Source: Hemiscyllium ocellatum
Taxonomy: Eukaryota
DNA: 64,000 nt
Direction: 5' to 3'
Assembly (NCBI RefSeq): GCF_020745735.1
Contig: NC_083409.1
Span: 14,975,873 to 15,039,872, forward strand
This document shows positions 23,900-36,980 of the stretch, in pieces. The notes beneath the pieces were generated by a model that saw only the letters and a program-made list of their open reading frames with translations, made no database searches and was not told the origin of the DNA. A program made the position numbers and the translations under genes. Positions within the stretch are counted from its first letter, which is position 1, and each line of letters begins with the position of its first letter.

Positions 23900-25390
23900 A
23901 AGCTTTTTGAGTGGATAAGAAAGACATAGGATACAATCGACATAGATAGGAAAGGTTTCAAGGGATATGTGTGAAACGCAGGCAAATAAGATGAGTTCAC
24001 TTCAGAAAACTTGGTCAGCATGTAGAAGTTTGGCTTAAGGGTTTGTTTCTGTGCTGTTTGACTCTGTGACACTATCAATCAATGAATGTTGTTGGAGCTG
24101 CACCTGTCCAGGCAAGTGGGGAGTATTTGCTCACACTCCTGACTTGGTTGACAGGCTTTGGGGGATCAGGAGGTGAATTACTGGATGCAGTATTCCTAGC
24201 CTCTAACTTGCTCTTGTAACCACTGTGTTTCTTTGGTGAATACAGTTGTGTTTCTGGTCAATGACACCTCAAGAATGTTGATAGTGGGGATTCAGTGATG
24301 GTAATAGCATTGATTGTCAAGGGGCGATGTTTAGATTGTCTCTTATTGGTGATGGTGATTGGCTGGCATTTGCATGGCACCAATGGGAAATGTCACTTCT
24401 CAGACAAAACTTGGATATTGTCCAGATATTGTTGCATTTGCATGTGGACTGCTTCAGTATCTGAGGAGTTGGGAAGAGTGCTGAGCATTGTGCAATAAGA
24501 GTTTGCCTTGAGTTGCAATATCTGTTCGGAGTCTGTCCTATTTAGTACGGTGATAGTACCACACAACACAATGGAGGGGATTCTCAATGTGAAGGACAGA
24601 CTTTGTTTCCACAAGGACTGTGTGATGGTCACTCTTACCAATACTGTCAAGGATAGATGCATCTACAGCCATAAGATTGGTGAGGATGGGGTCAAGCAAC
24701 TTTTTCCATCTCTTTGGTTCCAGCTGCAGAGCCAGTCCCTCAGCTACATCCATGAGGAACCAACCAGCTCGATCAGTAATGCTGCTGCCGAGCCACTCTC
24801 AGTGGTGGACATTGAAACCCCCCCACACAGAGTACACTCTCTGCTGTCATCACCCTCAGTGCTTTCTCCAAATGTTGTTCAACATCCAGGAGAGACTGAT
24901 TCATCAGCCGAGGGAGCAAGATATCTTGTAATCACCAGGAGGTTTCCACGCCCATGTTTAACCTGGTGTCATGAGTCTTCACGGGAGACAACTTTGAGAC
25001 TTCCCAGGGTAACTCCCTTCTGGCCGTAGACCACTGTGTCATCAGCTCTGCTGGGTCTGCCTTTCTGGTAGGACAGGACACATGCAGGGACAGTGATGGT
25101 GGTGTCTGGGGCATTGTCTGTAAGGTATGGTTCTGTGAGTGTGACTGTGTCAGACTGTTGCTTGAGTCATCTGTGAGACAGCTCTCCTGAATTTGGCACT
25201 AACTCCCAGATGTCAGTAAGGAGGATGGAGCAGGGTAGACAGGGTTGTTTCTGTCATTGTCTTTTTGGTGTCTAGATCGATGCCTGTGGTCCGTCCGGTC
25301 TCATTTCTTTGTTGAAACATTGTCATAATTGATACAACTGAGAGCCTTGCTCGGCCATTTCAGAGGGCACTAGAGAGTCAACCACATTGC
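23900..25390 (-). mobile_element. Decayed LINE (CR1-group-like) with EN and RT remnants; related pieces at 1-345, 51030-51200 and 52770-52900
   Basis: Shared cctcagtgct..ccaa.tg.tgttcaacat motif; LDSIGKSDHHTV endonuclease remnant. Confidence 0.55.
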
Positions 25391-26199
25391 TAGAGGACAG
25401 TGCCGTGTACCCCGGCAGTACATTCCGACATCCCCCACTTCCCCATTCTGTATATGGAAGGCGGGAGCCTGCCAGCAGGATATTCACCCGCAGGATCTAT
25501 CACAGCCCGTGTGCAATTCTGTCCCCACATTAAATCCACACAAATCCTGAATTCACATAACTCCTTCGATGTCCAAGCATTCCAAGAATGTTCACAAAGT
25601 TGCAGTAAGAGGGATGGGGGAGAGGGTGGAGGAACATAAGAACTAGGAGCAGGAGCAGGCAATTCAGCCCCTCGAGCCCACTCCACCATTTAATACAATC
25701 ATGGCTGATCCCATCTCAGACTCAACTCCACTTTCCTGCCCACTTTCCATCATCCTTTAACCCATTACCCATTAAATATCTGTCCATCTCCTCCTTGGTG
25801 TGAGACAGGGAAGGGACCTCTCCATTCAGAAAAGACTGACCATGGAAGGGGAAGGAGAGGGGAAAGGATTGGAACATGTTGTGAATGGACAGGATGGGTC
25901 AGTGGGTCAGAGCCTCTCCTGTCTCCCCTCGAACTCACGCTGATGATCTGAGGATCTCCTCTCTCTGCTGGGCCTTCACGGAATGAGGTTTGTGTCCAAA
26001 TCAGTCCCCAGTGAGAATAGGCCAACAGCACAGAACTGCCCTTCATTTGACCAGAATCTGTCCATCTTCCTGAGAAAGACCAAACCCTGGTCAACGTGGA
26101 AATAGGGCCTTACCCAAGGAGAAGACAGGGGTCAAGGGTTAACATCCATTAGTGGGGCAAAGCAGAGGGAGATTTATCCTGCATTCAACTGTCACCACC

Positions 26200-26261
26200 C
26201 AGGACACTATCAGAAAGAGAGAGCAGTGAGCAGAGAGAGAGAGAGATGGAGGGAAAAATAA

Positions 26262-26298
<37 letters not shown>

Positions 26299-26910
26299 AA
26301 GAAAGAAAGAAAGTGAGAGAGAGAGATAGAGGGACGAGCATCTGATACGGTGTAAGATATGTGAGGGGACCAAGAGAGAGGTAGAGGGAGGTAGAAATGG
26401 TGAGGTTGAGGGATAGAGAGAGAAAAACAAGATGTGAGACAGTGTGACTGAGAGGGATGGAGAGAGACAAAGAGACAAGGAGAGAGAGAGAGAGAAAGAG
26501 ACAGGATGGGTGTGAGACTAAGCATGAAGAGAGTTGAGAGGGAGGGTAGGGTTGATTGTGAGAGAAAGAGATGAGTATGGGTAGATTTATAATGACAGAG
26601 AGAGAGGGAGAGAGACTGTAAATTGGAAGATAGAGAGGGAGGGAGAGAGAAAGAGGGAGGAATAGAGAGTGACAGGTAACAATTGGAGGCTGAGTGAGAG
26701 AGGGAGCGAGTAACAGAGACAGTGAGAGAAGGCGAAACAGATGATAAGATGTAGTCAGAAAGCATCAGTGAGTTGGAGAATGTGGCTATGAGACAGAGCG
26801 CGTGTGTGTGTGTGAGAGAGAGAGGGAGAGAACATGAAAGAGATTAACATTAGGAGAGAGAGATAGAGGTAGAGAGAAAGAAATGGCAGATGTGAGTCAG
26901 AGAGAGAGGG
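26200..26910. repeat. GA-rich polypurine low-complexity tract with (GT)n and (GA)n cores
   Basis: Base composition read directly. Confidence 0.9.
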
Positions 26911-27958
26911 ACAAGTCCTGGTCACCACACTCTGGGAAGAATGTGATTGTACCTGAGAGGGTACAGGGAGATTTTCCAGGATGCTGCCTGAATGTGAGCT
27001 TTGAGCAGTGAAGGCTCAAAAGGGACCTGATAGAGAGGGATAAGATTATTCAGGACAATGATAGGGTAGGTAGGATGGCACATTTTACATCAGTAAAGGA
27101 TTTAATAACCTGGTACAGAGATTGAAGGTAACACAGACATGGACACGTAGAAACTTGGAGCAGCAGTAGGCCATTCGGCCCTTTGATTCTGCTCTGTCAT
27201 TCAGTATGATCATGGCTGTATCAAGTTTTGAATGTCATCATTTTTTTGAGGGTCGGTGTGGACTAGTCGGGCCAAATGGCCTGTTTCCACACTGTAGGCA
27301 TTCTAAGATCTATGGCTGATCCTCTTTCTCAAAGCCATATTCCTGCCTTCTCCCCATTCTCTTCAAGCTGTTAAAATGCAAAACAATTATCTCTCTCTTG
27401 TTTTCTTGAATATATTCAGTTCCTTATCCTCCACAGCCTTCAGTGGTAGAGAATTCCACAGGTTGACCACCCTCTGAGTGAAGAAATGTTTCCTCATCTC
27501 AGTCCGAAATGGTCAACCCTGTATCCCCCTGAGCCTGTGTCCCCTGGTTCCAGACTCCCAACCAGGGGAAACCTCCTCCCTGCCCAGCCCAGTTACAATT
27601 TTATATGTTTCAATCAGATCCCCTCTCATCGTTCTGAACACGAGGGAGTCCATAGCCAGGCGAGTTGGAGAGTGGGAGGAGAGTTGAGAAGAAATGTTTT
27701 CACCCAGAGGGTGGTGAGAGTCTGAACCTCACTGCCTGAAAGGCTGGTTGAGTCAGAAACTCTCGTGACAATTGGAGCAGTGTTTAGATATTCCCTTGTG
27801 TTGCTGTAGCCTCCAGGGTAATGGGCCAAGAGCTGGAGGATGGGATTAGTGTCATCAGATCTTTGTTTACCAGCACAGACACAATGGGCCAAATGGCCTC
27901 ATTCAGTGCTGTTCACATCAATGACTCTGAGACAGAGAGAGTGAGATAGAAAGAGAGA

Positions 27959-28053
27959 GAAGAGGAAGTATGAGGACGTGGCTCTCTCTGCCTGATGCCA
28001 TTTACATACTGAGGAACACCCAGTCAGACTCTCACAGGCTGCAGCTTTATAAA
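27959..28053 (+). promoter_or_regulatory. V-gene promoter: PU.1/Ets box AGAGGAAGT (27961-27969), octamer variant ATTTACAT (28000-28007), TATAAA (28048-28053)
   Basis: Order and spacing upstream of the leader ATG match Ig light-chain promoters. The octamer has one mismatch to ATTTGCAT. Confidence 0.75.
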
Positions 28054-28113
28054 GCAGAGCCCAGTGAAGGGAGAGTTTATCAGGAACCAGGCACAGGGAC
28101 AGGAGCACACACC

Positions 28114-28162
28114 ATGATTTCACACATCCAGCTGATCTGGCCCCTGGCATTCTGTGTCGCAG
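28114..28162 (+). CDS. IGKV: Ig kappa-type light chain, exon 1 (leader MISHIQLIWPLAFCVAG)
   Basis: ATG at 28114, hydrophobic leader, phase-1 GT donor at 28163. Splices in frame to the AG at 28347-28348. Confidence 0.95.
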
Positions 28163-28348
28163 GTACAAATCTCTCTCCTTCCACCTTGAATCTTTCGCTG
28201 CTCTCCATTTCACTCCAATTCCACTGACTTGTGATTGAAGGGAAAATGCTGAAACCAGAGGAATGCTCAGTGTCTCCAACAATCTCTCATTTGACCGGCT
28301 CTTTCTGTGACAGTTCTGACTTCACTGTGTTTCTCTTTGACCCCTCAG

Positions 28349-28678
28349 GTATCAGTGGGGACATCAGCATGACCCAGTCTCCCCCGGTGCTGTCAGTGGG
28401 ACGGGACCAGACCGCAACACTCACCTGTACGGCCAGTCAATCTGTTAGCAACTATGTTAACTGGTACCAGCAGCGAGAAGGTCAGAAACCCTCTCTCCTG
28501 ATCTATCGTGCAACAACTCGATTCACAGGAGTCTCCGAGCGATTCACCGGCAGTGGATCAGGGACCAGTTTCACCCTGACAATCAGCAACGTTCAGAATG
28601 AAGATGTCGCTGACTATTACTGTCAGCAAGGTTACAGCTGGCCTTACACGTTCGGTAAAGGAACCAAGCTCAGACTGA
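28349..28678 (+). CDS. IGKV: Ig kappa-type light chain, exon 2: pre-joined V-J (DISMTQSPP...[21 protein letters not shown])
   Basis: Canonical LTC, WYQQ, DYYC and FGKGT motifs in one frame. V runs straight into J at about 28644/28645 with no heptamer or nonamer. Perfect GTAAGT donor at 28679. Confidence 0.96.
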
Positions 28679-29053
28679 GTAAGTAAACCTCAATCCTCTG
28701 TTATTAACCCTGTCAATACTGAAACACACTTTCTAAAATACAGTTACTGATTTGTTGAAGGTGTTAGTGGGAAGCTGCAGTGAATGAAATGGTTGATTGA
28801 GGAGCACTGTGTCTAACAGGGTGTCCAGCTGTATTTCTTTACTTTCATGCCCTCTTTAAAAAAAGCAAGATATAAGTCAGTCAGTTTTACTCACTGTGTG
28901 GAGGAGCTCTGTCCATTTGCAGCCTGTGGTCCCATTCCTGCAGCATGGAGTGAAATCAGTGAGTAGCCTCCTGCCAGTCTCAGTGTGACGGACACGGGGC
29001 AGAGTTTGATGTGAGCTCTGGCTCCCTGTCCCAGTCTCTGATCTCACTGACCT

Positions 29054-29077
29054 CAGCAGCAGCAGCAGCAGCAGCAG
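29054..29077. repeat. (CAG)8 trinucleotide repeat
   Basis: Counted directly. Confidence 0.95.
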
Positions 29078-29530
29078 CACAGTGAGACACCGAGCTCCCA
29101 CCTCCCCCAGCTTTAACTCTGCTCAATCACACAATCACAGAATTGTTACAGTGCACAAGGAGGCCATTCCATCCATCCTGTCTGGACTAGCTCTCTGAAT
29201 GAGCAATTCACTGAGTGTCATTCTCCTGCCTTCTCCCTGTCACCCTGCATATTGTTCCTTTTCAGATAACAGTCTCATTCCCTTCGGAATGTTTCAATTG
29301 AAGCTGCCTCCACCACACTCTCAGGCAGTGCATTCCACACCTTAACCACCCACTGGCTGAAAATGTTTTCCCTCATCTCACTTTTCTTACTTTTTCAATT
29401 ACTTTCAATCTGTGGCCTCTCGGTCTCAATCCTTTCACAAGTGGAATCATTTTCTCCCTATTTACTCTGTTCCAGGCCCCTCCTGATTTTGAATTTCTGG
29501 AACAATTCTCCTCGCTGCCTTCTCCAAAGA

Positions 29531-29732
29531 CTTGAAGGTGCAGGGGTTGGACTGGGGTGGACAAAATTAAAAATCACACAACACCAGGTTATAGTCCAAC
29601 AGAGGGTTTATTTGGAAGCACTAGCTTTCGGAGCGCCCCTCCTTCATCAAATGGTTGTCAGCGGTGCTCCAAAAGCTAGTGCTTCCACATTAACCTGTTG
29701 GACTATAACCTGATGTTGTGTGATCTGTAACT
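29531..29732. mobile_element. Palindromic Penelope end of a second family with an 11-bp TSD
   Basis: ttctccaaaga at 29520-29530 and 29733-29743; arms span about 29573-29724. Confidence 0.8.
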
Positions 29733-29799
29733 TTCTCCAAAGAAGGCAGTCCCAAATTCTCCAATCTATCTTCATAACTGATATTCCTCATCCCTGGAA

Positions 29800-32700
29800 T
29801 GATCTTTGTGCATAAGTTTGCCAGCTCTACAAAACATTCACCTCCTTCCTGCATTATTCACATTATTTATGTCCCTCATGATTTTATAAACCTCTATAAG
29901 GTCACTCCTCAGCCTCCAGCACTTCAGGGTAAAAGATCTCAGCTTTTCCAGCCTCTAATGGTCACGGAGTCATACAGCGTGGAAACAGATCTTTCAGTCT
30001 AACTTCTCCATGCTAACTAGATATCCAAAACTGACCTCATCCCATTTGCCAGCATTTAACCCACATTCCTCTAAACCCTTCCTATTCATGTACCCATCCA
30101 AACATCTTTTAAATGCTATAATTGTATCCGTCTCCAACACTTTCTCTGACAGCTCGATCCGTACACGCACCACCCTCTGTGTGACAAGTTACCCCTCAGG
30201 TCCCTTTTGCATCTTTTGCCTCCCATCTTAAACCTGTACCCTCGAGTTTTAGATTCCCTTTCCCAAGGCAAAGACCTGGGATATACACCCTGTCCATGCC
30301 TGTCATGGTTTTATAAACATCTATACGGCCACCCCTCAGTCTCCGATCCTGCAGGAAAAATAATCTTCCGACAGTTCAAACCCTCCAGTTCCAGGCAACA
30401 TCCATGTAAATCTTTTCTGAAGAATTTTAAGTTTAACAGCATCCTTCCTATCACAGGATGATCAGAATTGTTCACATTATTCCCAAATTTCCTGTACAGC
30501 TGCAAATGATGTCCCAACTCTGATACTTAGTGCAGTGATCAATAAAGGCAAGTATACCCAACACCTTCTTCATCTCCCTGTCTCCCTGTGACTCCACTGT
30601 CAAGGAATAATGCCCCTGCCCCTGCCCCTGCCCCTGCACCCTGAGGTCACTTTGTTGAGCAACACCCCACAGGGCCCCACCATTAACAGTACAAGTCCTG
30701 CCCTGGTTTGATTTTCCAAAATGCAACATCTCACATTTATCTAAATTGAACTCCATTTGTCACACGTTTAGATCAGAGCGGTGCTGGAAAAGCACAGCAG
30801 GTCAGGCAATTTCCGAGGAGCAGGAAAATTGCCGTTTCAGGCAAAAGCCCTTTATCTGGATTCCTCTAGCCGAAAAGTCGATTTTTCTGCTCCTCGGATG
30901 CTGCCTGACATGCTGTGCTTTTCCAGCACCATTCTGATCTAAACTCTGATTTCCAGCATCTACAGTCTGCACTTTTGTCCATTTGCCACAACTCTGCCCA
31001 TTTCCCCAAATGATCAAGGTCCCACTGTACTCTCAGATAGCCTTCTTCACTATCCACTGTACCAATTTTGGTGTCATTTAAAAACTCGCCATAATTCCTA
31101 TATTCACATCCAAATCATTTATTTAAATGATGAAAAGCCATGGACCCAGCACCAATCCTTGTGGCACACAGCTGACATCTGATCTCCAATCTGAAAAGCA
31201 ACCCCTTACCACCACTCTCTGACTCCTATCTTGAAGTCATTTTTTTACCCAAATGGCTAGCTCCCCCTGGATCCCATGTGGCCTAACCTTACTAATCAGT
31301 CTATCATGTGGAACCTTGTCAAATGCTTTGCTGAAGTCCATATAGACAGTGTCTACTATTCTGCCTACATCAATCTTCTCTTCAAACAACCTTAATCATG
31401 TTAGTGAGACACGATTACCATGCACAAAACTGCATTGATTGTCCAAATGCATGTAAATCCTGTCCCTCAGAATTCACTCCAATAACTTACCCAGCAATGA
31501 CATCAGGCTCACTGGTTTATAGTTCCCTGGCTTTTCCTTAAACAATGGCTAACATTAGCCAACCTCTCTGGTTCTCCAGAACCTCACTCATGGCTGTCAA
31601 TCAGAAACATACCTCAGCAAGGGGTCCAGCAATCTCTTTCCTAGCTTTCGACAATGTCCTGGGATACACCTGATCAGGTCTTGGAGATTTATCTACCGTC
31701 TTGCACTTTAAGAAATCCTCTTCTGTAATGTGGACTTGTGTCAAGACATTACTATTTACTTCCAAAGTTCCCAAATTTCCATGTCTTTCTCCATGATAAA
31801 TACTGACCTGGAATATTCATTTAAGACCTAAACCATTTCCTGTGGACCCACCCAGAGGTACATTGTTCATCTTCATGGGGCCCTATTCTCTCTCTAGTTA
31901 CTCTTTTGCCCTTTTCTTATTTACCATAATTCTACCACTTTTGCCCTTGAGTAAGTTCAGGAATTGTTTGCCCTCCTTCAAATGTATCTCGACTATACCT
32001 GGTCCACATCCTCTACTATTCTTTTCAGGACTTTCCTGCCAACCTTTGATCCCACTTTATTCAGATCCAATACATCCATATCCTATAGAAGCTGGCATTT
32101 CCCCAGTGAAGATGTTTGACCCTGAAAAGGCCTTTGTTCTTTTTTACCATCACCCTCAACTTTGTGATACAATGATCACTCTTCCTTAAGTGTCCTCTCA
32201 CTGACACTTGATCCACTTGGTCCTCCTCATTCCCAAGATCCAGATCTCGCAGAGCCTCCTTTCTCATTGGACTGGAAACCTGCGGCTGGAGAAAATTCAC
32301 ATGGACACACTCTCACGACTCTGGCCCCTCTGTCCTTCACACTGCTACTACCCCAGTCTATATTCAGAAATTAAAGACATTCCACGCTCCCCCCCCAAAA
32401 AAAAATAATGACTATTATATTTGCAGGTCTCTGTAAATTCCTTGCAAATGTAGTCCTCTAAATCCATCCCACTGGGTGGTAACTTATTGACTGCACTAAT
32501 GATTCTGTGGACATTGGTGTTCCTCTCTGACAGTTCCTCCTGACTCCCACAGCCCTGCCAAGTTAGTTTAAACCCTCTCCAACAGCACGAGTAGATCACC
32601 TCAAAGGAGCTCAGTGCCAGCTCTGTTCAGGAGCAGCGCTGTCTGGTCTATCCAGGTCCCATCTCACCCAGACCCAGTCCCAATGTCACAAGAATCTAAA

Positions 32701-33500
32701 ACCCTCCCTCCTGGATCCTCTTTCCAGCCCCACAGACACTTGTGTTATCCTCCTGCTCCTCTTGTCACTTGCCTGGGGCACTGGGAGTAATCTGAAGATT
32801 TCTACCTTTGAGTTCCTGATGTTAATTCTCTCCAGCGCCCCCTAAATTCTAATTGCAGGACTACATCCTTTTCTCCCTCTGTCACTGGGACCGATGTGGA
32901 CCAAAACTGCTGCCTGTTCCCCTCTCCCCTCAGGGTGCTTTGCAGTCGCTTAGTGACATTCTTCACCCTGGCACCAGGGAGACAACACGCCATCCTGGAT
33001 TCCCATCTGCAGCTGCAGAAACACCTATCGATGCCCTCACTCTCAAATCTCCTTTCACGATCAGTCTTCCTTACACTAACCCCCCTCCCCCCCACCCCAC
33101 CACCACCCCCCCAACAATATAGCTGAGTCACCAGTGGTGCCATGGACTTGGCTCTGGATGCACTCCCCAGATGAACCATCATTCTCATCAGGATTCCAAA
33201 CTGAATCCTGGTTGGAGAGTGGGATGCATTCAGGGGATTCCTCTACTAGCTGCCTGGTCCTTTTGGACTGTCTGCTGCTCCCCCATTCCCTCACTCCCTG
33301 CATATTCTGAAGCTGCGGAGTGACCACATCTAGAAACGTGTTCTCCATGGAGCTCTCAGCCTCACGGACGGTCCGCACTGACACCAGCTGCTGCTCAAGC
33401 TCCGAAATCCGGAGCTTCAACTGCTGTCAATGACCACACTTCCTGTACTCATAGTATTCCAGGAGCTAGGAAGCATTCTGAAATTCCCACATGGATGCAT
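29800..33500 (-). mobile_element. Stacked decayed CR1 elements in the J-C intron (RT, EN and ORF1 fragments)
   Basis: MEFNLDKCEMLHFG, HLRKSDHC and MACCLPGARVKNV motifs. Confidence 0.75.
30765..30977. mobile_element. Palindromic Penelope end with a near-perfect 13-bp TSD
   Basis: tccatttg(t/c)caca at 30752-30764 and 30978-30990. Confidence 0.8.
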
Positions 33501-33619
33501 TCTCTCTCCACTCTTTGGTTATCTCTTGGCAAAGTTCTGATGACAAACAGCTCCAGCAGGGCTCACAGTCCAGTGGGTTCAGTGTTCCAGGGTTTTGGGG
33601 AAACTCACCAGAAGTCTTT

Positions 33620-36500
33620 AAGAAATAGGAGCAGAAATCAGCCATTCAGCCCATTGAATCTGCTCTGCCATTTGATCTTGGCAGATATGCTTCTCACCCC
33701 CATTCTTCTGCGTTCAATCCCCTTTACAATCACAAACCTATCTATCTCTGTCTTAAATACACTCAGTGACTTGGCCTCCCCTGCCCTCTGTCGCTGTGAG
33801 TTCCACAGATTCACCACCCTCTGGCTGAAGAAAGTCCTCATCTCAGCTCGAAAGGGTCGGCCCTTCATTCTGAGGCTGTGCCTTGGTTACTGAGTCTCTC
33901 CTGATTATGGAAAAATCTTCTCCCCATCCACTCTATCCAGGCCTATCAGTATTCTGTAAATTTCAATAAGATCCCTTCTCATCCTTCTAAACTCCATCGA
34001 GTACAGACCCAGAGTCCTCAAGCACGCCTCATATGACAAGGCTTTCATTCCCAGGATCATTCTTGTAAACCCCTCCAATGCCAGCACATTGTTTCTTAGA
34101 ATAGGGGTCCCAAATCTGCTCACAATATTCCAAATTCAGTCTGATGAGACTCTTACACAGCCTCAGCAGTACATCTCTGCTCTTGTATCCTGGCCCTATT
34201 GAAATGAATGCTATTATTTCATTTGCCTTCCCAAGCACAAACTGGACCTGCCTGTTAACCTGAAGAGAAACCTGAATGTGGTTTGTGCTTTAGATTTCCA
34301 AAGGCTTTCCTCATTTAGCAAACCATCTTTGCATCTCTTCTTCCTCCCAAAGTGCACACCCTCACACTGTCACACATTATATTCTATCTGCCACTTCTTT
34401 GCCCACTCTCTGAGCCTATCGAGGAGCTTTTACAGCCTTCCCACTTCCTCAACACTACCTGTCCCTCCACCTACCTCATGTCACGAGCAACAATGTCTTC
34501 ATTTACTTCATCCAGATTGTTAATGTATAACGTGAATAGTTATGGTCCTAACATTGACACCTGCAGAACTCTGCTCATCACCAGCGGCCATTCTTCCTCA
34601 CGCTCTGCTTTATGCCAACCTGCCAGTCCTCAGTCCATGTCAGTACATTGCCCCTAACACTGTGGGCGCTTATCTTATGTCAAATGCCTTCTGAAAATCC
34701 AAATAGATTACTTCCTCGGACTCTCCTTTGTCTGACTGGCTCATTGCCTCCTCAAAGAATTCTAACAGATTTGCCAGGCATGACGTCTCCTTGATGAAGC
34801 TATTGCACTTCCAATCCTCTGCAATTTCATCATTAAATTGAAGTCTAAAACCTTACCAACATCTGAGTCCTGGCTAACTGGCCTATCATGTCCCATCTTC
34901 CACCTCCCTCCCTTCTTAAACAGGGGTGGTATGTGAGCCATTTTCCTGTCCCTTGCCCCCACCAAATCCGTCCCCATCTCACCTCCATACCCTGACTCCA
35001 TTGATTCCTGAAAGATCATCACCAATGCCTCCACAATCTCCTCAGTGATCTCCTTCAGAACACACGGGTGTAGTTCGTCCAGTCTGGGTGCGTTATCCAC
35101 ATTCAGACCTTCCAGCTTCCCCAGTACCTCCTCCTTAGTGATGGCCACTGCACTCCCATCCGACCCCTGACAGTCTTGAATTACTGGGACACTGCAGGTG
35201 TTTTCCATGGTGCAGACTGATGCAAAGTATCTATTCAATTCCTCTGCTATTCCTAATTTTCCTGTTATTCTTTCTCCAGCCTCACTTTCCAGTGATCCAT
35301 AGTCTATTTTTGACTCCCTCTTCCTTTTTATACACCTGATAAAACTCCTGCAATCTTCTTTTATATGACTGGCTAGATAACTCCCACATTTCACATTCTC
35401 CACCCTTAATGCTTTTTCAGTTATCCTCTGCAGGTTTTAAAAGGCTTCCTAATCCTCGGGCTTCCCACTATTCTCCACCACATTGTGTGCTTTTTCTTTT
35501 GCTTTTCTGCTGTCCTTGACCTCCCTCACCAGCCATGGTTGCCTTGTTCTCCCCTGAGTATGTTTCTTCTTTTTTGGGATGAATTCCTGCTCTGCTTCCT
35601 GAATTACCCCCAGAAACTCTGCTGTTTGCTGCCCCACCATCTTACCTGCTCGGCTCCCCTTCCAACCAACTCTGGCCAGCTCCTTCCTCATGTCTTTGGA
35701 GTTACCTTTACTCAACTGAAATACTGTTCAATCTGATTGCAGCTTCTCTCTCAAACTACAGGGGAATTCTATCGTATTATTGTCATGTATCCATTGGGAT
35801 ACTTTCACCTTAAACTCACTAATCAAGTTTTCCTCGTTACACATCACTGAATCCAGACCTGCCTGTTCCATCATGGCTCAACCACAAGCTGCTCCAAAAT
35901 CCATCTCGTCGACATTCCGCGAAATCCTTTCCTTGAGCCGCGCTACGCAGTCCACCTATCCATTGAGGTCTGCCCTGATACTTTGTGTATGACTTTTCTG
36001 TCTCCTGATTGATTTCCTTCCCCACACCCTGATTACTGCTTGGAGACCTGGACATAACTTGCATCAGATTCTTTGTTTATTGCAGTTCCTCAACTCTACC
36101 CACACAGATTCTACACCTTCTGACTCTCCATCACTTCTTGCCATAGATTTAATTTCATTTCTCACTAACAAGGCAACACTTGTCCCTCTGCCCATCTGCC
36201 TGTCCTTTTGATGGGACATGTATCCTTGAATATTTAGTTCCCAGCCTGGATCCCCTTACAGCCATGTCTCTGTGATACCCATAACACCGTACCTGCCAGT
36301 TTCAATCTGCACTACAATCTCATTGTGTATACTGTGTGCATTTAAGTACAACACCCTCAGTCCTGCATTGACTGCCCTCCTTCTCATCATTGTCCCCTTA
36401 TCTGCTGTGCTTTATGTTCGATTCCTGATCCTTTCTGTACTCACTGTCCTTTTACATCTTCTAGAAACTTGAATAACCTTTCCTGAGCCCTCCTCCACTT
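33620..36500 (-). mobile_element. Decayed CR1 in the J-C intron
   Basis: FFSQRVVNLWN, LNLEYCEQIW and ELNRYFASV motifs. Confidence 0.8.
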
Positions 36501-36789
36501 TAACTAGTTTAAATTCCTTAGAAACTCAATTTACCTCAATGTGTGGCATCACTATTACTCCCTTACTCGGAATGCTTTGTGCATTTAGATACAACCTCTG
36601 TAAGTTTGTACTATTATTGATTTTCCCTGCACTTTCATGGTTCCTTTGATGTTCAAAACTTCCATCCCTTTCTTTTATTTTTTGGTAACAATCAATCCCA
36701 TCACTAACCGGCAATCCTACCTTCTCCTTTACCTTCCATTTTCTCATTTTCCATCCAACTGAACCAAATTCCTTTCTCTTTGGGTTGAG

Positions 36790-36980
36790 TTCAGGCCAAT
36801 ATTTATCGTTGAGCCAACATCATTATTACTCTTTGATCTCATTGTTTCTAGTGGGATCTTGCTGTGCAGAAACTGGCTGCCACGTTACTGACATTGCAAC
36901 AGTGACTGCTTGTCAAACAAAACTGTCTGTAAATGTCTTTGGGAGAGCCTGAAGTGTTAAGGGCTGGATTGAAATACAAT
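36790..36980 (+). mobile_element. Deu/AmnSINE1-like fragment; second piece at ~37700-37860
   Basis: ggccaatatttat..gtgggatcttgctgtgca.aaa.tggctgcc..ttgcaacagtgact. Recalled consensus only. Confidence 0.45.

Noticed and set aside
25765-26094. 109-aa minus-strand ORF with an internal GTGAGT donor
   Set aside because: No recognisable domain, no partner exon and no clear acceptor.
26139-26765. 208-aa Ser/Leu-rich ORF
   Set aside because: Translation of GA low-complexity DNA.
28231-28348. N-terminal extension of the 151-aa ORF (MIEGKMLKP...)
   Set aside because: This is the leader intron read through; the true start is the ATG at 28114.
29078-29116. CACAGTG heptamer downstream of J as a possible RSS
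   Set aside because: No ACAAAAACC-like nonamer at 12 or 23 nt spacing.
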